Under the pieces are notes generated by a model. The model saw only the letters and a list, made by a program, of their open reading frames with translations, did not search any database and was not told where the DNA came from. A program made the position numbers and the translations under genes. This document shows, in pieces, positions 1 to 9,174 of a stretch of DNA of 32,000 nt (position 1 is the stretch's first letter; every line of letters starts with the position of its first letter). Origin of the DNA: Corynebacterium amycolatum (GTDB lineage Bacteria; Actinomycetota; Actinomycetes; Mycobacteriales; Mycobacteriaceae); assembly GCF_049243625.1 (NCBI RefSeq), contig NZ_CP046975.1. One strand, 5' to 3'.

Positions 1-1
1 C

Positions 2-553
2 GTTCCGATTGTCGGCGACGATATCAAGAGCCAGGTCGGCGCAACCATCACCCACCGCGTCATGGCCAAGCTGTTTGAAGACCGCGGTGTTCGCCTCGAG
101 CGCACCCTGCAGCTCAACGTCGGCGGCAACATGGACTTCAAGAACATGCTCGAGCGCGACCGCCTCGAGTCCAAGAAGATCTCCAAGACCCAGGCTGTCA
201 CCTCCAACCTCACCGGTCCGCTGGCCGGCAAGATCGATGACCGCAACGTCCACATCGGCCCGTCGGACTGGGTGGACTGGCTGGATGACCGCAAGTGGGC
301 CTACGTCCGACTCGAGGGCAAGGCCTTCGGCGAGGTGCCGCTGAACCTTGAGTACAAGCTCGAGGTCTGGGACTCCCCGAACTCCGCCGGCATCATCATC
401 GATGCTGTTCGCGCGGCCAAAATCGCCAAGGATCGCGGCATCGGCGGCCCGGTTTACGCCGCTTCTTCCTACCTGATGAAGTCCCCGCCGAAGCAGCTTG
501 CCGACGATGTTGCGCGAGCACAGCTCGAAGCATTTATTAAGGGCGAAGACTAA
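2..553 (+). CDS. ino1: myo-inositol-1-phosphate synthase, C-terminal part (5' end lies outside the window)
   Basis: The frame is open from the window edge ([30 protein letters not shown]...). The C-terminal ~180 aa carry the Ino1 family pattern ([52 protein letters not shown]). The TAA stop at 551-553 is followed by a hairpin terminator. Confidence 0.9.
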   Translation, partial: VPIVGDDIKSQVGATITHRVMAKLFEDRGVRLERTLQLNVGGNMDFKNMLERDRLESKKISKTQAVTSNLTGPLAGKIDDRNVHIGPSDWVDWLDDRKWAYVRLEGKAFGEVPLNLEYKLEVWDSPNSAGIIIDAVRAAKIAKDRGIGGPVYAASSYLMKSPPKQLADDVARAQLEAFIKGED

Positions 554-606
554 AAGGTACAAGCACTCAAAAGTACAAGCGAGCAGCTCCGAGAGCATGT
601 TCCTTG

Positions 607-650
607 AAAAGCGCCAGCCGGTTACCCATGCAGTAGCCGCTGGCGCTTTT
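607..650 (+). terminator. Rho-independent terminator downstream of ino1
   Basis: The 8-bp GC stem GCGCCAGC (611-618) pairs with GCTGGCGC (639-646). It is flanked by AAAA (607-610) and TTTT (647-650) and lies ~55 nt after the ino1 stop. Confidence 0.7.
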
Positions 651-1075
651 GTGCTCCTCTATCCCCTATCCTCCCCGTTTCCTTCCACGCCCTCCTCGCC
701 CTACTCGCTGCTGCGCCCACCTCGTCCCTGCCATGGATGCGTGCGCTGCAGTCGTCGTAAAGCTGACAGCAATACATCCGAGAGGATTGATTCGCGAGAT
801 ATATCGCAAGCCGAAAGTATTCGCGAGAGTAGCCGGATGGCTACCTCCAAGCCAACGTTCTAAGTACAGAAGAAGTGACACTTTAGGGGGTTTCTGCCAG
901 CGCCGAAAAAACCTTATACGCAGATAGGTTTAATGCTTTGTACTGGGGTTTTAGATGATCGATGGAGGATTCCTAATGATTTCATTGCCGAAATCACCAG
1001 TTGTAGAAAAATAAATAGCACCCCAAATAAATTTCGTATTGGCAACTAGCGCTGTTCGCATATAACATCGTCGCT

Positions 1076-1567
1076 ATGACATTATCTTCGGGCTCGATTG
1101 GCAATCCTAATGCCGTTACTCCTCTGTCGCTCGCTAAGCGCATTCGCCCTCTCCTGACTCGCGCTGAGCTGCTCTACAGCCGCCGCTCCTCGGAGTCCCA
1201 GCTCAGTCGTGCGCAGCTGTCCATCATGATGACCCTGGAGGCACTGGGCGCCTGCCGTATCAGCCAGTTGGCTGAGGCCGAGGCCATCCGCATGCCCACC
1301 GCCTCCAACGCCGTGCACCACTTGGAGGTCGCCGGCATGGTGGAGCGCGTCCGCGACAGCAAAGACCGCCGTGGCGTCCGCGTTGAACTGACCGACCGTG
1401 GCCGTGAAGAACTGCACCGTGTTTCTGAAGAGCGCAATCAGCAGATGGCTGAAATGTTCAGCACGCTGACCCAGGAAGAGCTGGAATTTGGCGCTGGTCT
1501 TGAGACGATTCTGTCCAAGATTCTCGAAAACTACCCGGAGCATCCAAAGACAAACCCAAGCGTCTAG
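1076..1567 (+). CDS. MarR-family transcriptional regulator
   Basis: 163-aa ORF with a winged-helix pattern (LSRAQLSIMMTLEALGACRISQLAEAEAIRMPTASNAVHHLEVAGMVERVRDSKDRRGVRVELTDRGRE) typical of MarR. TAACAT (1063-1068) lies 7 nt upstream of the ATG, suggesting a leaderless transcript. Confidence 0.8.
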   Translation: MTLSSGSIGNPNAVTPLSLAKRIRPLLTRAELLYSRRSSESQLSRAQLSIMMTLEALGACRISQLAEAEAIRMPTASNAVHHLEVAGMVERVRDSKDRRGVRVELTDRGREELHRVSEERNQQMAEMFSTLTQEELEFGAGLETILSKILENYPEHPKTNPSV

Positions 1568-1726
1568 TCTCTTTTTCAGCTTAGCCCTGCCCTCTTTAAG
1601 CCCACAGGCAGGGTACATAGCTTTTACACGTCATCAGTGCCGTTTTATATATGCCCGCCTATCCACGTAGGCTATTACCCAGAAGCACCACTTGGATATT
1701 TCTGAGTAATCACAGGAGGATTAGCG

Positions 1727-2659
1727 ATGGCTTCCCGCCCGCTTCGTATCATGATTGCGTGGCGTCCAGGCGAGTACGGCACCGAAACGCTTGCTTACGC
1801 CGCTTGGTTAGCTCGCACCACGAAGGTGCAGATTCGCATCGTCAGCGCACTGTCGCGCGGCTGGCCGCTGACCTCACTGGCTCGGCTGAGCACCAATGAC
1901 TCCTGGGTTGCCCACGAAACCGAGTCTCTTGAAAAAATCATCAAGGATGAGCTAAAGCTCGCTGGCCTGCGCAAGGGCATGCTTGACGACGATGCCGTGC
2001 GGATCATCGAATCCTCCAGCGAATCTACAACTATCTGCAACGAGGCCGAAGAATTCGAAGCTGATATGGTTCTGCTTGGCACGCGCCGAAGCAATACCAA
2101 GGACTGGGCCGCCAAGAACCGCAGTCGCTTTACCGCGGGGTCGACTTCGGATGCGCTGCTGCACTACTCGCCAACTCCACTGGGGCTGGCTATCCCCGGC
2201 GCGAAACTTTCTAAGCATGGTGTGACCCGTGTCAGCATTTGTTACATTGACACTCCGCAGTCGCACCACGCATTGAATAAGGCTGCTGACCTGGCACACC
2301 GTTGGGAAGTTCCCCTGCGTCTGGTCTCGTTTACGCCCCGCGGTGCGACCATGTACCCGACGGAGAACGGCTACGGCCCCTCCTCGGACCTGATGATTGA
2401 GTGGCGCGAGCAGGCGATGGGGCTGCTCGACCGCGGTACCGACCGCGCGCATACCCGTTACCCAGATCTGTCCATCGATGCGGACGTGGCCTCCGGCAAC
2501 GGTTGGGAAGAGGCCATTCAGTCCATCAAATGGAAGAAGGGGGACTTGCTCGTTTTGGGTTCGTCTACTCTTGGCCCATTCGGACGAATCTTCATCGGAT
2601 CGTCGACTAACCACATCGTTCGCCACAGCCCGGTGCCAATGCTGATTACTCCGGCCTAG
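1727..2659 (+). CDS. universal stress protein family protein (two tandem Usp domains)
   Basis: 310 aa with an AGGAGG RBS about 9 nt upstream. Each half ends in a Usp signature (DMVLLGTRRS... and DLLVLGSSTLGPFGRIFIGSSTNHIVRHSPVPMLI). Confidence 0.8.
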   Translation: MASRPLRIMIAWRPGEYGTETLAYAAWLARTTKVQIRIVSALSRGWPLTSLARLSTNDSWVAHETESLEKIIKDELKLAGLRKGMLDDDAVRIIESSSESTTICNEAEEFEADMVLLGTRRSNTKDWAAKNRSRFTAGSTSDALLHYSPTPLGLAIPGAKLSKHGVTRVSICYIDTPQSHHALNKAADLAHRWEVPLRLVSFTPRGATMYPTENGYGPSSDLMIEWREQAMGLLDRGTDRAHTRYPDLSIDADVASGNGWEEAIQSIKWKKGDLLVLGSSTLGPFGRIFIGSSTNHIVRHSPVPMLITPA

Positions 2660-2702
2660 TATGGCAAGCACATCAGAAGGGATTTAGAGGCGAGGGGAGC
2701 AG

Positions 2703-3119
2703 ATGGTGGATAACGCACCGGGGCACAGTAAACCGGAGCGCAGCGAGGATGAAATCTTCGACGAGCTTGAGCGCAAGATGTATTCCGGCAGGCGCGCCTA
2801 CATCTACACCGCGGGTGTGATTCTTACTACGCTGCTCGCGGGCCTCATTATCGGCATCGCTGGCGCGATTGTCGGTGGCCCCACCTGTGATGCGGATAAG
2901 TCCAGCTTCCTCTGCTCCCGCACGTGGGAGATTCTTTTTCCCGTTGTTCCAGGCGTAATCTCCCTGGTTGGCTGCCTTTTTGGTTTCTGGCAGACCTACG
3001 TGGAGTGGAAGAACTTCCGCAACTGGCGCCCGTGGCTCGCCATGTGCTGGGTGCTCATGCCCTTCACTTTGATGTGGATGCTCTCCACATTCGGCGTCCT
3101 GATTCTGGGCGTTAAGTAG
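2703..3119 (+). CDS. hypothetical small membrane protein (about 3 predicted TM helices)
   Basis: 138-aa ORF with a GAGGGGAG RBS. It has a charged N-terminus followed by three hydrophobic stretches. No recognisable family motif. Confidence 0.55.
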   Translation: MVDNAPGHSKPERSEDEIFDELERKMYSGRRAYIYTAGVILTTLLAGLIIGIAGAIVGGPTCDADKSSFLCSRTWEILFPVVPGVISLVGCLFGFWQTYVEWKNFRNWRPWLAMCWVLMPFTLMWMLSTFGVLILGVK

Positions 3120-3151
3120 GGGTAAGAGGCGGCCAGCCTCGACGCCACCCT

Positions 3152-3179
3152 CTTGAGGTTTTTGCGAGAACGCCTCAAG
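3152..3179 (+). terminator. terminator-like hairpin after the 2703-3119 gene
   Basis: CTTGAGG (3152-3158) pairs with CCTCAAG (3173-3179) around a 14-nt loop, 33 nt after the stop. There is no downstream U-tract, so this is weak. Confidence 0.35.
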
Positions 3180-3181
3180 CG

Positions 3182-3254
3182 AGAAAGTGTCTGGGCTTAT
3201 GGCAAATTTGAGCCGATTTTAGGCCTTAAACTGCCATAACCCCAGACACTTTCT
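3182..3254. repeat. long inverted repeat (23-bp arms, 1 mismatch, 27-nt loop) between convergent genes; possible bidirectional terminator
   Basis: AGAAAGTGTCTGGGCTTATGGCA (3182-3204) is matched by TGCCATAACCCCAGACACTTTCT (3232-3254). The right arm ends 22 nt from the leuS stop. Confidence 0.75.
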
Positions 3255-3275
3255 TGTACGCACTGGCCTCCCTGG

Positions 3276-6194
3276 CTACTTCTTCACAACCAGGTTGACC
3301 ATCTTGCCCGGAACGACAATGACCTTCACGATATTGCCACCGGCGCTCTCCACCGCTGCGACAACCTTTTCGTCGGCACGCGCGACGGCCTCGATATCCT
3401 CGCGGGAAGCATCGGTAGCCACGTCAATGCGGGCACGGACCTTGCCGTTGATCTGAACTGGCAGCTCAACGGTGTCATCGACCAGCCACTTCTCGTCAAC
3501 TGCCGGCCACGGACCGTGCGCCAGGGACTCGGAGTGGCCGAGGCGGCTCCACATTTCCTCCGCGATGTGCGGTGCCACCGGGCCCAGCATGAGAGCCAGC
3601 GGCTCCACAGCGGCGCGCGGTGCACCGGCCGATCCGTAGGTCTTGGTCAGGTAGTTGACGTACTCAATGAGCTTTGCGACGGCCGTGTTGTCACGCAGTT
3701 CTGCGTAGTCAGAGGTAACCCCTTCCACGGTGCGGTTGAGCGCCTTGAGGTCGTCGTCGGAAAGCGCTGCGTCCGTGACGGCGAGCTCACCGGAGTCCTC
3801 ATTGACCACCAGACGCCAAGCGCGCTGGAGGAAGCGCTGCGAGCCGACCAGGTCCTTCGTCGCCCACGGGCGGGAAGTGTCGAGTGGGCCCATGGCCATT
3901 TCGTAGACGCGCAAGGTGTCGGCGCCGTAGTTGTCGCAGACCTCGTCGGGGGAGACGGCGTTCTTCAGAGACTTGCCCATCTTGCCGTACTCCTGGAAAA
4001 CCTCCAGGTCAGAGCCGTCTTCGGCGCCACCTGGAATGAAGAACTTACCATCGCGCTCAACTACCTGATCCGCCGGCTGGTAGACACCACGAGCATCGGT
4101 GTAGGCGTAGGCCTGAATGTAGCCCTGGTTGAACAGACGGCGGTACGGCTCCTTGGAGGTCACGTAGCCGAGGTCGAAGAGGACCTTGTGCCAGAAGCGG
4201 GAGTAGAGCAGGTGCAGCACCGCGTGCTCGACGCCGCCGACGTAGAGGTCGACGCCGCCTGGATCGTCCTTGCCGTGCGTCTCCGGACGGGGGCCGGTCC
4301 AGTAGCGCTCGTTTTCCAGGTCAACGAACTTTTCAGCGTTGTTCGGGTCGATGTAGCGCAGCTGGTACCAGGAGGAACCTGCCCAGTTCGGCATGACGTT
4401 GGTGTCTCGGCGGTACTTCTTCTTGCCGTCTCCGAGGTCGAGCTCGACGTTGACCCAGTCAGTGGCCTTGTCCAGTGGGGCCTTTGGCTCGGTGTCGGCA
4501 TCGTCCGGGTCGAATGTGACCGGCTTGTAGTCCTCGACCTCCGGGAGCTCGACCGGAAGCATGGACTCGGGCAGTGCGTGGGCGTGACCGTCCTCGTCGT
4601 AGACGATGGGGAAGGGCTCGCCCCAGTAGCGCTGGCGGGCGAACAGCCAGTCGCGCAGCTTGTACTGGACCTTCTCGTGGCCAGTACCTTCCTTCTCCAA
4701 CCACTCAATGACGGTGGCGATGGCGGTGTCCTTGTCCAGGCCATTGATGTCCAGGCCGGAGTCATTGGCGGAGTTCACGCACGTACCGTTACCGACGTAC
4801 GCCTCCTTTGCAATGTCACCGCCTTCAACGACCTCGCGGATTGGCAGACCGAAGGCAGTGGCGAACTCGTAGTCGCGCTCATCGTGGGCCGGGACAGCCA
4901 TGATGGCACCGGTGCCGTAGCCAATCAGGACGTAGTCGGAAATGAATACCGGCACCTGTTCGCCGCTGACCGGGTTGGTGGCGTAAGCACCCAGGAAGAC
5001 GCCGGTTTTCTCCTTGTTCTCCTGGCGTTCCAGGTCGGACTTGGAGGCAATTGCGGCGCGGTAAACGGCGACGGCCTCAGCTGGGGTTTCCTTGCCGAAG
5101 GTCCAGCGCTCATCCACACCCTCGTAGGAACCGCTGCCGGCTTCGACCAGCTGATCCACCAGCTCGTGCTCAGGAGCGAGCACCATGTAGGAGGCTCCGA
5201 AGAGAGTGTCCGGGCGAGTGGTGAAGACCCTGATCTTGGTGGAGACCTTCGGGCCGACCTCAGCTGCGAAGTCGACCTCAGCACCGCGGGAGCGACCGAT
5301 CCAGTTACGCTGCATGGACTTGACCTTGTCCGGCCAGTCCAGCAGCTCCAGATCATCGACCAGGCGGTCGGCGTAAGCGGTGATGCGCATCATCCACTGG
5401 CCCAGCCGCTTGCGGAACACCGGGAAGTTACCGCGCTCCGAACGACCTTCGGCGGTCACTTCCTCGTTGGACAGCACAGTGCCGAGGCCCGGGCACCAGT
5501 TGACCATCGAATTCGACTGGTAGACCAAGCGGAACTCATCCACAGCTTCGCGCTGCTCAGCCTCGCTGAGCTCAGCGTAGACGCGACCGTCCTTGGTAGC
5601 CATCTCGCCGGACTCCAACAGCGGAATCAGCTCATCGATACGACGGGCCTTCTTTTGATCCTCATCGAACCAGGCGTTGTAAATCTGCAGGAAAATCCAC
5701 TGCGTCCACTTGTAGTAGTCCTGGTCAGTGGTCGCGAAAACACGACGGCGGTCATGGCCAAGCCCCAGGCGGCCCAGCTGGCGCTCCATGTTGGCGATAT
5801 TCGCTTCCGTCGTCACGCGCGGGTGCGTACCGGTCTGGATTGCGAACTGCTCCGCCGGCAGACCGAAGGCGTCGTAGCCCAGGGTGTGCAGCACGTTTGC
5901 GCCCTGCATACGGTGGAAGCGCGCGAAGACGTCGGTGGCGATGTAACCCAGTGGGTGGCCTACGTGCAGACCGACGCCTGACGGGTACGGGAACATGTCC
6001 TGGACGAAAAGCTTGTCTTTCGGCGGAGTCGAGCCGTCGGCAGCTGCCAAATCGCCCACCGGGTTGGGGGCGTAGAAGGTGCCGTTATCTTTCCAATACG
6101 CCTGCCACTTTCCCTCTAGCTGAGTCGCCAGCTCGGGGGAGTAGCGGTATTCAGTGGCTTCTGCCGAGGACGAGGACTTTTCGCTGTTGGTCAT
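3276..6194 (-). CDS. leuS: leucine--tRNA ligase
   Basis: 972 aa with a class I HIGH-type motif ([16 protein letters not shown]) and a KMSKS motif (GKMGKSLKN), plus full-length LeuS architecture. The start is placed at ATG 6194 (MTNSEKSSS...). The longer ORF to 6578 overlaps the divergent gene and adds non-LeuS sequence. Confidence 0.97.
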   Translation of the reverse strand: MTNSEKSSSSAEATEYRYSPELATQLEGKWQAYWKDNGTFYAPNPVGDLAAADGSTPPKDKLFVQDMFPYPSGVGLHVGHPLGYIATDVFARFHRMQGANVLHTLGYDAFGLPAEQFAIQTGTHPRVTTEANIANMERQLGRLGLGHDRRRVFATTDQDYYKWTQWIFLQIYNAWFDEDQKKARRIDELIPLLESGEMATKDGRVYAELSEAEQREAVDEFRLVYQSNSMVNWCPGLGTVLSNEEVTAEGRSERGNFPVFRKRLGQWMMRITAYADRLVDDLELLDWPDKVKSMQRNWIGRSRGAEVDFAAEVGPKVSTKIRVFTTRPDTLFGASYMVLAPEHELVDQLVEAGSGSYEGVDERWTFGKETPAEAVAVYRAAIASKSDLERQENKEKTGVFLGAYATNPVSGEQVPVFISDYVLIGYGTGAIMAVPAHDERDYEFATAFGLPIREVVEGGDIAKEAYVGNGTCVNSANDSGLDINGLDKDTAIATVIEWLEKEGTGHEKVQYKLRDWLFARQRYWGEPFPIVYDEDGHAHALPESMLPVELPEVEDYKPVTFDPDDADTEPKAPLDKATDWVNVELDLGDGKKKYRRDTNVMPNWAGSSWYQLRYIDPNNAEKFVDLENERYWTGPRPETHGKDDPGGVDLYVGGVEHAVLHLLYSRFWHKVLFDLGYVTSKEPYRRLFNQGYIQAYAYTDARGVYQPADQVVERDGKFFIPGGAEDGSDLEVFQEYGKMGKSLKNAVSPDEVCDNYGADTLRVYEMAMGPLDTSRPWATKDLVGSQRFLQRAWRLVVNEDSGELAVTDAALSDDDLKALNRTVEGVTSDYAELRDNTAVAKLIEYVNYLTKTYGSAGAPRAAVEPLALMLGPVAPHIAEEMWSRLGHSESLAHGPWPAVDEKWLVDDTVELPVQINGKVRARIDVATDASREDIEAVARADEKVVAAVESAGGNIVKVIVVPGKMVNLVVKK

Positions 6195-6254
6195 GGTCTC
6201 ACAGTCTAATAGGTGCGTTTGGCACGTGCCCAACCACCTATATAAATTGGAAGC

Positions 6255-6866
6255 ATGATTGTCATCCCTGTAATTACCCTGGTTCTGGCTGTTTGCATAG
6301 CCGTTGTCGCTGGTTTGGCATGGTCGGCGAAGCTGCCGGGTAATAACTGGATTGGAATTCGTGCGCCCGAGGCTCGAAAGTCCCAGGAAAACTGGGATAT
6401 TACGCACCGCGTTGCCGGGCCGCCGTGGGCTGTGTCCGCCGTCGCTTTCCTCGGCGCCGCCATGCTCGCCTTCCTCGCCATCCGCCCGGAGGCCTCTGGT
6501 TGGATGTGGCTGTGGTACGCCGTCGCTCTGCTCGCCGGTATCGCCATGCTCGGCGTTGGTGCGGCGATCGGCTCGCACACCATCGCGCTTTACGACGCCA
6601 AGGTCTCCGCGGAGTCCGGCTCCGGTTGTGGGTGCGGTGACGGTGACAGCGGCTGTGGCTGTGGCTCCGCCACCACTGATGCCGCCGACACTGCAGCTGA
6701 TGATGCCTGCTGCTCCGACAACCCAGCAGCAGACTGCGGTGTCTCCGGTGGCTGCAGCTCCTGTGGCCTGGAAGGACTGTGCACGGACAAGGGCTCATCC
6801 GCGAATGCCGCTTTCAAGCCTGTGGACAAGGATGCGCTGCGCAAGGCAGCTGAGCAGAAGAAGTAA
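6255..6866 (+). CDS. SdpI/YhfL-like membrane protein with a Cys-rich acidic C-terminal tail
   Basis: 203 aa. The N-terminal TM region carries the SdpI-type loop [27 protein letters not shown]. The tail holds 10 Cys in 52 residues ([14 protein letters not shown]...ACCSD...DCG...GCSSCG...LCTD). TAAATT at 6243-6248 lies 6 nt before the ATG, suggesting a leaderless transcript. Confidence 0.65.
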   Translation: MIVIPVITLVLAVCIAVVAGLAWSAKLPGNNWIGIRAPEARKSQENWDITHRVAGPPWAVSAVAFLGAAMLAFLAIRPEASGWMWLWYAVALLAGIAMLGVGAAIGSHTIALYDAKVSAESGSGCGCGDGDSGCGCGSATTDAADTAADDACCSDNPAADCGVSGGCSSCGLEGLCTDKGSSANAAFKPVDKDALRKAAEQKK

Positions 6867-6873
6867 AAAATTA

Positions 6874-6895
6874 TTGCAGAGAAAAGCTTCTGCAA
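6874..6895 (+). terminator. terminator-like hairpin after the SdpI-like gene
   Basis: TTGCAGA (6874-6880) pairs with TCTGCAA (6889-6895), 8 nt after the stop. There is no clear U-tract. Confidence 0.35.
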
Positions 6896-6937
6896 AATAG
6901 TAAGACAACTTCTGGTTGCCCACTAAACTATTTGTCC

Positions 6938-7921
6938 ATGTGGCAACGAATTGTGAGTTGGCGTCCAGATCCCCTCATCGTCGGTATCGTTGCTGCAGCG
7001 ATACTGGCGATTTTTTTTCCTGCAAGCGGCACTACCGCTGAGGTTTTCAGCTGGGCAACGAAGATCGCCATCGGCTTCTTGTTCTTCCTCTATGGTGCGC
7101 GTTTGAGTCCGCAGGATGCGTTGGCCGGCGTTAAGCATTGGCGGCTGCACATAACCATTCTGGCTTTCACATTCGTGCTGTTCCCAATCCTCGGCCTGCT
7201 GATGAAACCCCTGGATTGGTTTCTCTCTCCTGGCCTCTACCTGGGCATTCTGTACATGACGCTGGCCCCGTCAACGGTGCAGTCGAGTGTGAACTTCACC
7301 TCCATCGCCAAGGGCAATGTCGCCGGCGCAATCGTCAGTGCCTCGGCTTCTAACCTGCTGGGCATCGTCGTCACACCGGTGCTCGTGATGCTGTTGATGG
7401 CCACTGGTGGCGGCGTTCATGTGGATTCGTCGGTGTTCTTGGATATTTCGCTGCAGTTGCTGCTGCCGTTCGCAATCGGCCAGCTCACTCGCCGTTGGAC
7501 CCTGAAGTTTGCCGCCGCGAAGACGACTAAGAACGTTGACCGACTTTCCATCGCACTGGTTGTCTATGCCGCGTTCTCCGAGGGCATGGTGCAGGGCATT
7601 TGGTCGAAGGTGCCGGCCGGCGACATCGTCATCCTCTGTGTGCTCTCGGTAGTGCTGGTGGAATTCGTTTTGCGGCTGTCCGGTTTCGTCGCAAAGAAGA
7701 TGGGCTTCGACCGCAAGGACCGCATTGCCATTCAGTTCTGCGGTTCGAAGAAGTCCCTGGCCACTGGCCTGCCAATGGCCGCCGTTATCTTCGGTGCCGA
7801 TGCCAGCCTCTACATTTTGCCGCTGATGATTTTCCACCAGATTCAGCTGATGATCTGTGCGGTCTACGCCGCTCGCTGGGGCAAGGAAGCAGAAGCTGAG
7901 CCGGAGCCACAACCCGCTTAA
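6938..7921 (+). CDS. bile acid:sodium symporter (BASS/YfeH-like) family transporter
   Basis: About 327 aa and polytopic. The N-terminal pattern (DPLIVGIVAAAILAIFFPASG...IGFLFFLYGARLSPQDALAGVKHWRLH) is typical of the YfeH-type BASS family. ATG 6938 is preferred over the in-frame TTG at 6932. Confidence 0.8.
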   Translation: MWQRIVSWRPDPLIVGIVAAAILAIFFPASGTTAEVFSWATKIAIGFLFFLYGARLSPQDALAGVKHWRLHITILAFTFVLFPILGLLMKPLDWFLSPGLYLGILYMTLAPSTVQSSVNFTSIAKGNVAGAIVSASASNLLGIVVTPVLVMLLMATGGGVHVDSSVFLDISLQLLLPFAIGQLTRRWTLKFAAAKTTKNVDRLSIALVVYAAFSEGMVQGIWSKVPAGDIVILCVLSVVLVEFVLRLSGFVAKKMGFDRKDRIAIQFCGSKKSLATGLPMAAVIFGADASLYILPLMIFHQIQLMICAVYAARWGKEAEAEPEPQPA

Positions 7922-8029
7922 CGCGGTCTAGGGCATGGAACCGAGGGGCGAATCCGGCTTGGCACATATACTGGGGCGCACAACATAAGGTTCGGTTTTA
8001 AACGAGCAAACGAAAGTGTGAGATTCAGT

Positions 8030-9160
8030 ATGGCTAACGAGAATCCGGCTCCATTCTCTCCGGAACAGCGCGCCGCAGAAGAGACCGCGATCAATGAGTT
8101 CTGGTCGTGGTGGAACTCTTTTGGCGCCGATGCGCTCGACTCTATGTTTAGTGTCCAACTCGGTATCGATGGTGCCCCGAACGCCGCCGATGTGGACATT
8201 ATTGATGTCCAGAAGGAGGTCGGCGGGCGCATCGCCGCCATTAATGACCGGCTCATCTGGGGGTTTGAGGCTGGCGCTCCGTATTCTCGCCATCTTCTGA
8301 CTGTGAGCGCTGCCGGCGATCCAGAGCTGCGCCCGGTCGCTCGCCGTTGGCTGGAGGCCGCGCCTGACGACGGCGCGGTGTGGTCTTTCACCGACCTCCG
8401 CCAGGCGGATCCGGCGATGAAGCTGTCGCTGGGGGATGTCGCAGCTACGTTGGTTGCACAGGGTGCTCTCGAGGCCGATGCTCCCGCCGAGGTCGATCCG
8501 GCAGACGCCCGCGTGGCTGTTAGCAGTGGTCATGGGGCAGTGGACGTTCGCCTATTCCACCCGCTGTTCCCGGCAATTGCTCAGTTGGAGGACGGTGAGC
8601 GCTTGGTAGCTCAGCTAGGTTTCACACTGCTGCAGCTGGCTCTGGGAGAGGAGGACTTCGGCCTGTGGCTGCGCGGTTTCGCCTTCGCTGGCGAGGAGCC
8701 GGAAGATGCTATCCCGCTACCGGAGCTGGGCGGTGTCGTCGAGCAGCTCGCGGAAGAGTGCCCGGAGTGGCTCACCATTGATGCCGAAGCCAACGGCCAG
8801 CCGCTCGTCGTCGCTACTCGCGCTCCGATTACGCAGCTGGTGAGCCCGACTATGACGCAGCATGTGCTGATTCAGCTCATGCTCGCTCACATTGACGACA
8901 AGGGCTTGCCGACGGACGAGTCGAAGGAATCCCTCTCCGAGTTCAATACCGCTGCCGCTGAAGCCATCGCTGAGGACAAGGGTATTTTTGTCGCAACTGA
9001 GCAGTCCGACGGTATGGCTCTGCTGCACTTCTTTATTGACCCGGCATCTGATGCGGAGGCGGGTCTGCGAGCTGTTGCGCAGACGTGGACCGACGGAGAG
9101 CACGTTGTCGACACCGCTTACGATCCAGCTTGGCAGCGCGTCGGCCACCTGCGCGTGTAG
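8030..9160 (+). CDS. hypothetical acidic cytoplasmic protein
   Basis: 376 aa counted from ATG 8030 (the alternative is GTG 8018). Coding-like composition; very acidic; no TM segment or signal peptide. The C-terminal third (...GMALLHFFIDPASDAEAGL...YDPAWQRVGHL) only loosely recalls DUF695-type domains. Confidence 0.6.
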   Translation: MANENPAPFSPEQRAAEETAINEFWSWWNSFGADALDSMFSVQLGIDGAPNAADVDIIDVQKEVGGRIAAINDRLIWGFEAGAPYSRHLLTVSAAGDPELRPVARRWLEAAPDDGAVWSFTDLRQADPAMKLSLGDVAATLVAQGALEADAPAEVDPADARVAVSSGHGAVDVRLFHPLFPAIAQLEDGERLVAQLGFTLLQLALGEEDFGLWLRGFAFAGEEPEDAIPLPELGGVVEQLAEECPEWLTIDAEANGQPLVVATRAPITQLVSPTMTQHVLIQLMLAHIDDKGLPTDESKESLSEFNTAAAEAIAEDKGIFVATEQSDGMALLHFFIDPASDAEAGLRAVAQTWTDGEHVVDTAYDPAWQRVGHLRV

Positions 9161-9174
9161 ATTGGTTTTTTGTT

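Noticed and set aside
498-927. Three overlapping ORFs (498-863 +, 649-927 +, 666-881 -) in the ino1-marR spacer
   Set aside because: They are mutually exclusive, lack an RBS and have Pro/Arg/Ser-rich low-complexity products. The first starts inside ino1. The region is better treated as non-coding (see finding).
3516-5981. 821-aa ORF on the plus strand, the longest unassigned ORF in the track
   Set aside because: It lies entirely antisense to the well-supported leuS gene. Its product is Val/Gly/Ala/Leu/Arg-rich low-complexity sequence with no motif. Long antisense ORFs are expected in high-GC coding DNA, because stop codons are rare in the complementary frame.
6195-6578. 128-codon N-terminal extension of the leuS ORF (track ORF 3276-6578)
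   Set aside because: The extension overlaps the divergent SdpI-like gene and its promoter. It is Arg/Gly-rich nonsense-like sequence, and the conserved LeuS N-terminus begins at MTNSEK (ATG 6194).
6304-6900. 198-aa ORF in an alternative plus-strand frame overlapping the SdpI-like gene
   Set aside because: Its product is Pro/Ser/Ala/Arg-rich out-of-frame sequence. The 6255 frame carries the SdpI loop motif, TM helices and a sensible C-terminus.
9085-9174. 30-codon upstream extension of the secreted protein ORF
   Set aside because: It overlaps the end of the preceding gene. ATG 9175 yields a canonical signal peptide (positively charged n-region, hydrophobic core, AAAP cleavage-like site).
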